Shown: positions 34,452 through 43,680 of the stretch, one piece after another
Numbering within the stretch: position 1 is the first letter of the stretch
Layout of the letters: every line of letters starts with the position of its first letter
Assembly (NCBI GenBank): GCA_977017575.1
Contig: CDRNVI010000031.1
Span: forward strand, 1-43,680
Source: Paramoeba atlantica
Taxonomy: Eukaryota; Protista; Discosea
Length of the DNA stretch: 43,680 nucleotides
Direction of reading: 5' to 3'
Position numbers and translations under genes: made by a program
Notes under the pieces: model-generated
Told to the model about the DNA's origin: nothing
The model's input: the letters and a program-made list of their open reading frames with translations, nothing else
The model's database searches: none

Positions 34452-34782
34452 CCGTATACCCCCCCAGTAATAGAATGGGTTTTGGGCCAAAAAATGGCTA
34501 AATCTCTGTTACTCGGGGGAGGGCTTTTTTGGTGGGAAGAGACCTTTTTTGTTCATGGGTACGTTGATTTTCTGCCCAGACAGCCCCACAACTACGCCAT
34601 TCGCTCCCGCGCAACCACCCTCACCCCGTCCAGCGACCCCCACCCGCCCAAACACCCCCTACGCCCTCCAACCACCCTCCTGAGCTAAATCTCTGTTACT
34701 GGGGGTCAGCCCAAAAATGGCGAAATCTCTGTAACTGGGGGGGGGGGGGGGGTCTATTACTGGGTGGGGGGGGGGTATACGG
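34452..34782. mobile_element. 331-bp MITE with TA TSD inserted into the palindromic repeat
   Basis: TA|CCGTATACCCCCCCAGTAATAG...CTATTACTGGG...GGGTATACGG|TA. Removing it restores TTGCGGTAGTTGTATAACTACCGC, as seen at 3968. Confidence 0.85.
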
Positions 34783-35282
34783 TACCGCCTTACCTTCGAT
34801 TATTGAAAAAAAGCGAACAAAAACAGTGAAAATATAAAGAGGAACACAGTAACAAATTTATAGTAGAAGGCGGCCGGACATTTTTTGGCCCAAAACCCAT
34901 TCTATTACTGGGGGGGTTATACGGTAGTTATACAACTACCGCAATTGAAGAATATGACCATCTCGTAACTTATTACTATACCCCCCCTGCTTATGAGTTT
35001 CACCTATTCTGGCACGTTTATGAGTTCCTTTTTCTAAGGCGAATGATTTTGTATCCACTTCGCGATACGACATGTACGTCCGTTGTGCACCTTAGAAAAA
35101 TCCGTTTTCGTTCATTATCTCCATATTAACGCAGCTAGAATGTATTCACGTGATTTTTATCCATTTTTCTACGTTCACATTTCGTATTTTTCAAGATTTT
35201 CGCATTTCTTTGCTATAAAACTTTATTTCGTACGCCAATTGACCAATATATCATCAACAAGATGGTCTAATCCGCCTTCTGA

Positions 35283-35888
35283 ATGGAAAACTCATATGTC
35301 TTGATGCAGACGGGTATGATGCCCCCACAGGTTACACAGAATGAGGTTTCTGACTGGAGGCTGTACGACACCCTGAGAATTACAACATCAGTTGCAACCC
35401 GCGTGGAAAAGGAAATCACCGGTCAGACTGCTGTCGGTGAGCTCTCCGACTACGATAAACCGATTATCACCACTTCAGTCGGAACCCGCATGGGGGAGGA
35501 CAGTATCGATCCAATCCCTTCTTCAGTGGCAAGAGGGTCGCTTGACGTTCACAAGGCTCCGCAACATAACACGCAAAGAAAATATGAAGATGTGAAGAAA
35601 AATCGACGTTTGTCAAGCAAAATCAAACGTCTTGAAACGAAGATAGAAAAAAACTGCAAAACTTTTGCGCTAGAGAACCTAGCAACTTTGCGAGAAGAGA
35701 ACGTCATTTCAGCCAACACCAAAAAGAAATTAGAAGAGCGAAATAGGCTCATAGAAGCAGAGTGTGCTTCCAAGGCACTACATGAAAAGTATTTGTTGGA
35801 AGTCCTCGGAAAAATTCAAAAACAGTACATTTATACAAGCGCTAGCGAAACAAGTGAGAAAAAAAACTGTGAAGCGCGGGCGTACTAA
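35283..35888 (+). CDS. Lys/Glu-rich coiled-coil-like ORF, possibly the N-terminal part of the adjacent transposase
   Basis: 201-aa open frame between a TA|CCCCCCCTG left end (34981) and the DDE region. No recognisable motif. Confidence 0.35.
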   Translation: MENSYVLMQTGMMPPQVTQNEVSDWRLYDTLRITTSVATRVEKEITGQTAVGELSDYDKPIITTSVGTRMGEDSIDPIPSSVARGSLDVHKAPQHNTQRKYEDVKKNRRLSSKIKRLETKIEKNCKTFALENLATLREENVISANTKKKLEERNRLIEAECASKALHEKYLLEVLGKIQKQYIYTSASETSEKKNCEARAY

Positions 35889-36084
35889 AAAGACCAAGAG
35901 AGGACTCAAACCGCGCGATACCTCCACTTTGATTGTTCAGAAAGGAGCAAAAGGTAAGGGCTCCTTGAGCAAAGAGGGGATATCGAATTTTAAAGCCTTG
36001 CTTTAACATATAGGTAACCCCTATATTTTACAAGGCTTTTTACACCTTTCCAAGTTCGATTTAAACTGATGTACCAGAGAGCTG

Positions 36085-36900
36085 TTGGTTGATGAAACGG
36101 AAATAGTATATACTACTATACTATTATGTAGTATGTATTATGTATATAGTACACCTGGAGTTTTTCAGCGTTGGCAACTGGCCTACATGTTTAATTTGGA
36201 GAAAACGACATGTCCAAGGGTTTGGTTTAGCGACTACGACTCAGGTTCTCTTAAATCTGAAAACAGCCCTATTGGCAAATGGGAAAACCTGGAAAAAGCA
36301 GAAAGTCTTCTACCTAAAGCGTTGAGCGAAACACGCTCTTTGTCCTTAAATGACATCGGTGACGCGTACAGCCACATCACCCATGGTACTCTTGTTCCCT
36401 CGCGTCACAGGCCCTGCCAACTTCTGACTAACAATGGATACTCATATTCAATGAAGAAGAGAGATCTGTGTCTCACGCAGCGGCAAAAAGAGTACCGGAT
36501 CAAATTTGTCGAGGTGATGCTCAGGCAAGACTCGACCTTACTCGACCGTTTGGTTTTCTCTGACGAAACACCAATTTTAGCAGGAGATCTGAGCAAGAAG
36601 GCATGGCAGCACCCTGATGCTCCCGTCTTTATGGATCGCCCTGTCGTCTTTATGGATGATGGAGCCCCTGGGCATCGAGCGAAGGATACGATGCAGTGGT
36701 GGCTAGCTCGCGGGGATCTTGCCGTGCTACGCTCACTGCAAGCAGAGGAAGATGGACCTTTTCTTCGTTGACCAGCGGACTCCCCTGATCTCAACCCGAT
36801 AGAGAATATTTGGGACGCAGTAAAGCGCTTCAAAAATAAGAAGCGGCCACGAACCAGGCAAGAAAGCGAAGTGCGCCAAACCCCACGTGTCATTTCAAAA
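36085..36900 (+). pseudogene. Tc1/mariner-like transposase pseudogene
   Basis: LVFSDET, FMDDGAPGH, then in-frame LR*PADSPDLNPIENIWDAV (TGA at the Trp position). Internal deletion at a repeated GTCTTTATGGAT. Confidence 0.85.
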
Positions 36901-37053
36901 GCGACACAGAATGGTTATTGAGTATAAAGGTGAGAAGATACCTTTTTGAAATTATAGAGAATTATAGAGAGAGGCGGTGCGGGCGTTTTCTAAGTTCGTT
37001 CGAGTCGGAGCTTATCTTAGCGTCGCGTGGAAACACTAAACCTGTGATGAAGA

Positions 37054-37365
37054 TTTTGCTTGGTCTGGGTAGGTCGTGCGTGAGGGGCCGGCGTACCTAA
37101 TTAGCTTAGGTCGGGTCAATAAGGGGAATCTGTTAGCGGAGAAAAAATCCTTCTCTGATCCACTTTGCGTTTGGTACGTGGCAAGGCCACGAACGACCTT
37201 ACCCTTTCCTTTTGCTTGGTCTGGGTAGGTCGTGCGTGAGGGGCCGGCGTACCTAATTAGCTTAGGTCGGGTCAATAAGGGGAATCTGTTAATGGAGAAA
37301 GAATCCTTATCCGATGCACTTTGCGTTTGGTACGTGGCGAGGCCACGAACGACCCTATCCTTTCC
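37054..37365. repeat. 156-bp tandem duplication
   Basis: Units start at 37054 and 37210 and are nearly identical. Confidence 0.9.
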
Positions 37366-37564
37366 CTCTATTCGCCACACAGGTGTAATTCTCTGCGCGA
37401 TGCACTTGAGTAGCACCCGCCACCGTCCTTGGTTACCGGACGTGTATACGCACATGTTTTATTCAGTTGACATTGTTTTTCTCTTGTGCTTTACTTACTT
37501 GTAGGTTCATGTTACACAAATAGCAGTCATTTAGATGGAGGCACAGGAGTAGGAAATCTACTCA

Positions 37565-37602
37565 AACGATAAAGATACCGTTTCTGTAAAAAGGTACCTT
37601 CT
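37565..37602 (+). other. Degenerate spliced-leader copy
   Basis: AACGATAAAGATACCGTTTCTGTA is 23/24 identical to 16610-16633, followed by AAAAG-GTACCTT. Confidence 0.75.
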
Positions 37603-38580
37603 TCGAATGTTGGACACAACCCCGTAATGGGGAAGTAAGTTCGGAACCTCTTCCTGGTTCTAACAACATTCATCAAAAGGCTGTTTTCCTGTGTGGGATG
37701 ACGATGCTAGTTGTAAATTACATTCTTGCATTGTAAACCACCCCTTCCTCTGTGCAACCACTATCAACAAAGTGAAAAATTGGTTATGCCAAAAAAAATG
37801 TCACTTTGCGGGAAAATTGAAAGTTACGCCCCCTCGCAAACGAGTACAATGGGGTTGTCATGGAAAAAAAGATTTTCCTGAATAGAACTCTTCCTAGAAA
37901 CCCCGAATAACCACTTTTTACACAGTTTCAATCATTTTTTCGAGGTACATAATACTGGGCAAAACAGGGTGAACGGGGGTGTAATTGAATCGCTAAGCAT
38001 CTCGGGGAACAGCTACCGAAACAGCTGCCTGAGTCATGAACGAGACAGCTATCTAGGGGACCGAGCTAGAAAATAACTACTCCTTGAGTATCTAACTAGC
38101 AATTGAATTGATAAGACGAACTAAAATTTACTATACACTGTAAAAGTAACTGACCCAGAACCAACCAACTGACTCAGTAAGGTTTCTAAATGATGAGCGC
38201 ACTTGCGGGTTAACGTACTAGTCGGATACTTTTACTAGTAATTTACTATTGGACTTATTACATGTATGTGGCTATCTGGTGACTCAAATCACTCACACAC
38301 TCACTCACTTATCAATTGCTTATTCCTGGATCTCACTCGATACGCAAGAGGGTACGCAGCAAACGATAACATGTAGAGATTTTTATGATAAAAAATACGC
38401 CATCTATGATGATGCACGATCTGCATGAAATACAATGTATGAAGAATATATGAAAATAAAAATCCAAATATACGTCCTAACTATACGATACCCAACGAGG
38501 GTTCTACTGACCTAGGGTGCATCCGACCTCCGTCCCGACAGGAAGTGCGCATAACGTTCCCTATGGGGTAGTAATGCATT

Positions 38581-38847
38581 ACTTCCTTTCGTGCGCTGCG
38601 GTCTCCTTTAACCCTGCCGGACAAAGCCTAGGTCGGGACAAAGCCTAGGTCACCTCCCCCCCTTGTTTTTATCTACATACGTTTTAATTGCAACATCGTC
38701 AGAAAGCGTTAAATTGCACATCATAGCATCACGTTACCTCGATCATCCTTCCATCACCTTTCCATCATACCATTTCTCAGGTATGTGGCTCCGGGCTTTG
38801 GACCGGAATTGCAGGGTTAAAGGAGACCACAGCGCACGAAAGGAAGT
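38581..38847. repeat. Inverted repeat, 36-bp arms (1 mismatch), MITE-like
   Basis: ACTTCCTTTCGTGCGCTGCGGTCTCCTTTAACCCTG / CAGGGTTAAAGGAGACCACAGCGCACGAAAGGAAGT. No clear TSD. Confidence 0.75.
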
Positions 38848-39169
38848 CGTCGTCGCTGCGGCAAAACGTCAGAAGGCTCTGCCTTCTGCTTTTTGCCTTG
38901 CGCCTCCTCCTTCCTCTGCGGTCTTTCGTATCCCACACTTCAAGTTGAAAAAAGCATGCGGCAAATTGGGGTTTGCAAATCGCCTCCGAAGAAGGGGGTC
39001 TCGAGTGGCCCAAAAGGTGCGTTTTTATTTCCTAAAGCTATCTATTTATGGTGATGCCTTTGGTTCTTTGTGAAAAAAACTTTTTCCGGAAAAAAAAAAT
39101 TCGGTCCAAATATCGGGCCAAATTTTATTAATATAGGATAGCGAGGGAGTAGTATCTCCCTCAAAAATA

Positions 39170-39630
39170 TATAAAAGGGGCTCCGGTGGTTCAAACAATA
39201 TTTTCAAACAAATTCGGACCATGGGTCCATGGGGGGATCCAGGGTAGAGGGGGGGTTCAGGGTAGAGTATGCCGCGGCGATGATTTCCCACTCCCCCACC
39301 TGGGGGTGACCCCCCCCCCTGGTACGCGCAGGAGGGGTCCGGCACGGTCAAAATTTCCAGATCCAAATTATTTCTCCGAAAAGGTCTCCTAAAACATGTT
39401 TTAGGAGTTTGTGGCCCCAGCTACCATTCTACGACGTTTTTTTCGTCAGATTTTTCGCCTAAAGATCGAACTTTTTCACCCGAAAAAATAGATTATTCAT
39501 GACCTTTTGGCAATTTTACTTTTTTACGCTTTTCGTTAAACGCGGAGGTAGTTTTCAACGCGAAGCGAGCAGCATGAGTGACTTCTAAATTGAAAACAAC
39601 CACCGCGTTTAACGAAGAGCCTAAAAACGA
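39170..39630. repeat. Composite palindromic repeat family, copy 3
   Basis: AAGGGGGCTCCGGTGG, GCAGGAGGGGTCCG and the hairpin with loop at 39560-39588. Confidence 0.8.
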
Positions 39631-39708
39631 AATTGATACTACATATTTTGACAGGGCAATATTCTTATTTTTATCATTTAACTACTTTGTGAAATTTACT
39701 TGCGGTAA

Positions 39709-40467
39709 ATGTACGGTACCTATTGCATCGACGACGGATCCGATTTACGTCGAGGCAAAGTGACCTCTCTGCTACTGCCCCAGGAGGATATGCTTGAACG
39801 TCTAATTTCAAACCTAACTGAAAAGCATAAATCCTGGCGTACGACGAAGAGGAATATTTTTGGGAACGTCAAGCGTTTATCGGCCTGCCAATGGCGAGGT
39901 GTTACGTGTGATGAGGATCAAACAGTGAGCCTAATAGATTGGTCTTCAAAGAACCTTTCGGGCACCTTACAGTGGGAATTCTTACCTTATACGTTGCAAC
40001 ATTGTAACCTTTACTGTAACAAGCTAGGTGGGTCACCTAAACTTGATGCGCTGCCATCACGACTTACTTATTTAAGCATTTCGATCAACCATTTTACCGA
40101 TGAGTTAAACTTAACCCAATTGCCAAACACATTGTCTACACTTGGGTTGGGTTACAACCAATTTGAAGGGAATGTTGATCTCACGAATCTCTGTTCTGGG
40201 ATGAAATGTTTACGTCTTCAAGGAAACCGACTTTGCGGTGCCGTCGATCTTTCTCACTTGCCAAAGAATTTGAAATGCTTAGATTTATCCAGGAACAGAT
40301 TATCCGGGTTAGTGATGTTTGACCGTCTTCCTCCAAACTTGTTATGTCTGTATGTAGACAAAAACGAGGATCTTTATGGCGAAATTGACAAGTCGGTTCT
40401 TCCTAAGACTTTACAACCTATTGAGTTCCTGGATACAAACATTAAATACAGTATAAATGCAGTATAA
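39709..40467 (+). CDS. Leucine-rich repeat protein, subfamily B (252 aa)
   Basis: Same N-terminus as 29055, cap CQWRGVTCD, then LRRs. Confidence 0.9.
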   Translation: MYGTYCIDDGSDLRRGKVTSLLLPQEDMLERLISNLTEKHKSWRTTKRNIFGNVKRLSACQWRGVTCDEDQTVSLIDWSSKNLSGTLQWEFLPYTLQHCNLYCNKLGGSPKLDALPSRLTYLSISINHFTDELNLTQLPNTLSTLGLGYNQFEGNVDLTNLCSGMKCLRLQGNRLCGAVDLSHLPKNLKCLDLSRNRLSGLVMFDRLPPNLLCLYVDKNEDLYGEIDKSVLPKTLQPIEFLDTNIKYSINAV

Positions 40468-40739
40468 GTAATTTATAAAATAGTAGTATAAGTACAGCTA
40501 TAAAATGGCCGTTTTCACCTAAAAGATACTAGTGGTGCGCGCTATTTCGAGACTATTTGGACTATTAGTCTGTTCATTTACTTATTTATTGTCTACTAGA
40601 TACAACGGGCGAAGTGAGATTTTATTAGCGAATAGTAAGTATATCACTTCATAAGATGCCTTTCTGTACATTTTTTGTTCATAAAAAGCAGATATTACAT
40701 TTTTTTCGAAAAGTGTGCAATCTTCCTTGAATTCCACCC

Positions 40740-40990
40740 TTCAAAGTAATAAACTTTCAGGCTTGATCCACAACGTAAAGAACATTGTTCATTGAGGACT
40801 TTATCTACCCCGCCATCATCTACCAAGCCAAAGAACTTAGCGTCATCGATAGTGCGGCGAATTTCGGCTCAAATTTTATCAGCAACTCGGTGTTCGCTTA
40901 TGTGAAATTCGAGCGGACCACGCAACGTAACCAAAGCTTCAGAAAGATGCGTATCAATAGGAAATCCTTCAAAAAGGAGCCTACACAAGC
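40740..40990 (-). pseudogene. hAT-like transposase fragment
   Basis: ADKI*AEIRRTIDDAKFFGLVDDGGVDKVLNEQ resembles the FFS..DE..D....EQ first-Asp region of hAT transposases. Confidence 0.5.
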
Positions 40991-41011
40991 CAGAAACCTC
41001 TCGGCTGAATG

Positions 41012-41065
41012 CAGAGGTCGGCAAAACTACAAAAACTATTTTATAGTACTATCATAGTACTATTA
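41012..41065. mobile_element. hAT-type left end CAGAGGTCGGCAAAAC with ACTAT/TAGTA subterminal repeats
   Basis: Resembles hAT CAGGGGTCGGCAAAC termini and the end at 42469. Confidence 0.5.
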
Positions 41066-41288
41066 ACTTTGAAACACGATAAAAAGGAAGAAGGATTTTT
41101 GAACAGATTTATGAAAAACGTGAAAATACCGAATTTTGCTTCAGTTTAGCCCCTTCTAGACAAAATGGTCCTATTAAAGGCGGGGTTGTGCATAGCCTTA
41201 TTGAATAGGGGGTAATATGTATCGAGATTGATATTCCAACCTTTTAGTTCGCTGGTGTGTCAGCGGACTGTGGTTTGTATCTCCCAAT

Positions 41289-42236
41289 ATGTTTTCTTGT
41301 TTCACAATACTTGATACTTACGTATGTACGTTTATAATGCTTGCAACCTCACTTGCAATCCTTCTTCGTGTGGCAGATGACGAAAGTGGTGGACAAGGGT
41401 GTAAAAAGCGTCGAAAACTAAACGAGAGGATTTCTCCTGTGAATGTGAAAAATACCCCGCATAAAGTGCGAGGCGCCAACTTACCACAAGAATATGAACT
41501 CGCACGATTTATCCAAAACATTTCGAGTCCTGATTCTTCTTGGAACACTTCAACACCTGCGTGTGAGTGGCAAGGTGTGAAGTGTGACAAGGATTTACAG
41601 GTAACAAGTCTCCTGTGGAGCGCTACGGGTCTTGTCGGGTCATTACAATGGTCGTATCTATGCCATACTTTACGTAAAATCGAGCTTTGGGAAAACGAGC
41701 TTACAGGCAATGTATCACTTCATATGTTACCACCTGAACTTGTGGACCACAACGCATGCGTCAACACGTTTACAGGGGAAGCCGATTTGGCAAATTTGCC
41801 AATGACACTGAAAGAACTCGTGTTGGAAGAAAATCAACTAAATGGGAGCATCGACCTCACTCATTTACCTGTAACCTTGACAGATTTATGGCTTCGTGAT
41901 AACCAATTTTCTGGGGACATTGATTTAGCGAACCTACCACCTAATTTAAAAATGCTCATGCTAGGGTACAACAGATTCACAGGACCGCTTGATCTGCAAC
42001 ATATACCCTCGTCGCTTCATTCGTTGGAGTGTCAGCACAACCTCTTCAGTGGTAAATTAGGTTTGGACCCGGTCCCTGAGAATTTGTCTTATATTCTACT
42101 GGACTACAATCCTGATCTGTACGGTGAAGTCGACAAATCAATTATTTCTCGTTTAAAATATGGATTCAACACTATTCGCGCTCAAGGGACAAAGGTACGA
42201 GTAGAATTCTATATAAAAGGAAGTTCGCCGCAATAA
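41289..42236 (+). CDS. Leucine-rich repeat protein, subfamily C (alternative ATG at 41337)
   Basis: LPQEYEL, cap WNTSTPACEWQGVKCD, about 7 LRRs, and a basic KKRRK patch in the N-terminus. Confidence 0.9.
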   Translation: MFSCFTILDTYVCTFIMLATSLAILLRVADDESGGQGCKKRRKLNERISPVNVKNTPHKVRGANLPQEYELARFIQNISSPDSSWNTSTPACEWQGVKCDKDLQVTSLLWSATGLVGSLQWSYLCHTLRKIELWENELTGNVSLHMLPPELVDHNACVNTFTGEADLANLPMTLKELVLEENQLNGSIDLTHLPVTLTDLWLRDNQFSGDIDLANLPPNLKMLMLGYNRFTGPLDLQHIPSSLHSLECQHNLFSGKLGLDPVPENLSYILLDYNPDLYGEVDKSIISRLKYGFNTIRAQGTKVRVEFYIKGSSPQ

Positions 42237-42468
42237 TGAATCCAAATTTATGGTTATTGATTGTGGAGTTCTTCTTGTAAATGACATGAGCTTCATGCTT
42301 TTGATTCAAACGTTTTGGGGATCGCTTTTTTTGTTGAAGTCAGGTAGTTAATCGGAGCCGGTTATCTCCGGAGAGGCACGTAGTATACTCCCCCCTTCAC
42401 TCATTTCTATATGCGCCTTCCATAAGTTTTTGAAAATAAATTTATGGAAGACCTACATCACTTATGTT

Positions 42469-42560
42469 CAGGGTTCGCAGAAAACTATAAAACTATCAAT
42501 ATAGTACTATATAGTTACTATAAACTTTTTTCAAAAACTATAAAAAACTATATTTTTTTT
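42469..42560 (+). mobile_element. Probable hAT left end CAGGGTTCGCAG with AAACTAT subterminal repeats
   Basis: Lies 200 bp upstream of the hAT ORF. Confidence 0.6.
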
Positions 42561-42667
42561 CTTCGTATTTCAAGGTGCTTTTAAGCCCTTTGACCCATCC
42601 TAGTCATATGCAAATGTGTTTTTATCCCTTTTTTTCTTAATTTTTCTTCATTTTAAAACCGAAACAG

Positions 42668-43680
42668 ATGCCCGAAACGAAACTGACGAGGGGAAATTTC
42701 TGTAAAGACTATTTTAGTGAAGTACCGCGCACGGAAGGACAGAAACCAGCGGTGGAATGCAACCTGTGTGAGGAGGGAAGTAAGAAGCGTTTTTTGGTTC
42801 CAAGAGGGCTATCGACAGATTATCATTCCGCAGAGAAGCACTTAGTGAAACACGAGAAAAAATATGATACCTGGTGTGCTGAACAAAACGAAAAGCGTCG
42901 ACGTGCAAATCCGACGTTAAACATCTCTTCACAAGCGTCCAAACCTCAGGACCATAAGGATATAATAGTTTGGAAAGCAGAGTTCGGAATTTCAACCGCA
43001 GCTCTTGAGCATCCTTGGTTTCTTAACAGAATTGTACGAGGCATGTGTCCCACTCCACCTCGAAGGGAAAAATTAAACGAACTGACCATTGAGTATGCAA
43101 AGCAAACTAGAGTAAAGATGTGCGTTGACCTTGGTTTTAAATTTTCGCGTGTGAGTTTATGTTTAGACACAGCCACTTTTCACCATCGTACGACCTGCGC
43201 CGTTACAATGATCAACTATGGTGTGTCTATGTGTTGGACCGTCAGACCCATGCCCGCAAGTGATGCATCCGCCTTTCAACTATTAAAAGAGGTTATAGAG
43301 GAGCTTTACGCCGATCGAATTTTTGTGGCGCACGTGGTTTCAGACGCAGGAGCTGGAATCAAAAAGGGTTTAATGATAACCGCTGAAGAGAGTGGAATAG
43401 CTTATACTGTTTGCATGGTCCACTCGCTTCAACTTTGCATGGGGCACATAATGCGGATGGAAAATACTGATGAGATTTTAGGCCTCGGAAAAAATTACGA
43501 AAAGTGGCGGGCACCTTGTCCGACACGTTGGTGGTCGATCTTTGACTCGGTCGAGCGTGCTCTGGGTGATTCTAATTGGGAAGCGTTTACGACAAAAGCT
43601 CGAATGTTTTCGTGGCTTGAGTCGCTTCTCATTTATCGCATTGTTGGCAGATTCATGGAAAGAGATGATTGTACGCTCCC
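42668..43680 (+). CDS. hAT transposase with BED zinc finger, open to the window end (absent from the ORF track)
   Basis: Hand translation gives 337 codons without a stop: ECNLC...KHLVKH (BED), VSLCLD, VVSD, CMVHSLQL (CxxH) and PTRW. Confidence 0.9.
   Translation, partial: MPETKLTRGNFCKDYFSEVPRTEGQKPAVECNLCEEGSKKRFLVPRGLSTDYHSAEKHLVKHEKKYDTWCAEQNEKRRRANPTLNISSQASKPQDHKDIIVWKAEFGISTAALEHPWFLNRIVRGMCPTPPRREKLNELTIEYAKQTRVKMCVDLGFKFSRVSLCLDTATFHHRTTCAVTMINYGVSMCWTVRPMPASDASAFQLLKEVIEELYADRIFVAHVVSDAGAGIKKGLMITAEESGIAYTVCMVHSLQLCMGHIMRMENTDEILGLGKNYEKWRAPCPTRWWSIFDSVERALGDSNWEAFTTKARMFSWLESLLIYRIVGRFMERDDCTL

Noticed and set aside
3238-36771. Stop-codon reassignment suggested by in-frame stops at Trp/Arg positions
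   Set aside because: TAA, TAG and TGA all terminate intact genes here (Tc1, LRRs, hslV). The internal stops occur only in decayed transposases and are single-base changes from TGG or CGA.
1-43680. Prokaryotic or viral origin of the window
   Set aside because: No operons or dense coding. It contains hAT, MITEs, SL sequences and a presequence-bearing HslV. No rRNA or tRNA genes were recognised.

Overview
Repeat-dense eukaryotic nuclear DNA. It is probably euglenozoan, because it carries the kinetoplastid/diplonemid-type spliced-leader (SL) core ACAGTTTCTGTAC and a kinetoplastid-like mitochondrial HslV; an early-branching kinetoplastid is plausible but unverified. Host-type genes are one hslV and seven copies of an intronless LRR family in three subfamilies (four intact, three broken), all on the + strand. 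Most of the rest is nested transposon debris: Tc1/mariner, Merlin/IS1595, IS30-like and hAT (one hAT ORF is open to the window end), plus MITEs and palindromic repeats. The most unusual signal is five dispersed SL-exon copies. Two head a tandem pair of structured, non-coding SINE-like units inserted into an LRR gene, two head ORFs (one gag-like, one with four zinc fingers), and one is degenerate. Their 5' break points fit SL-targeted (CRE/SLACS/CZAR-like) retrotransposition and/or reverse transcription of capped trans-spliced RNA. No reverse transcriptase is visible in the window. All family assignments come from motif recognition by eye, not database searches.
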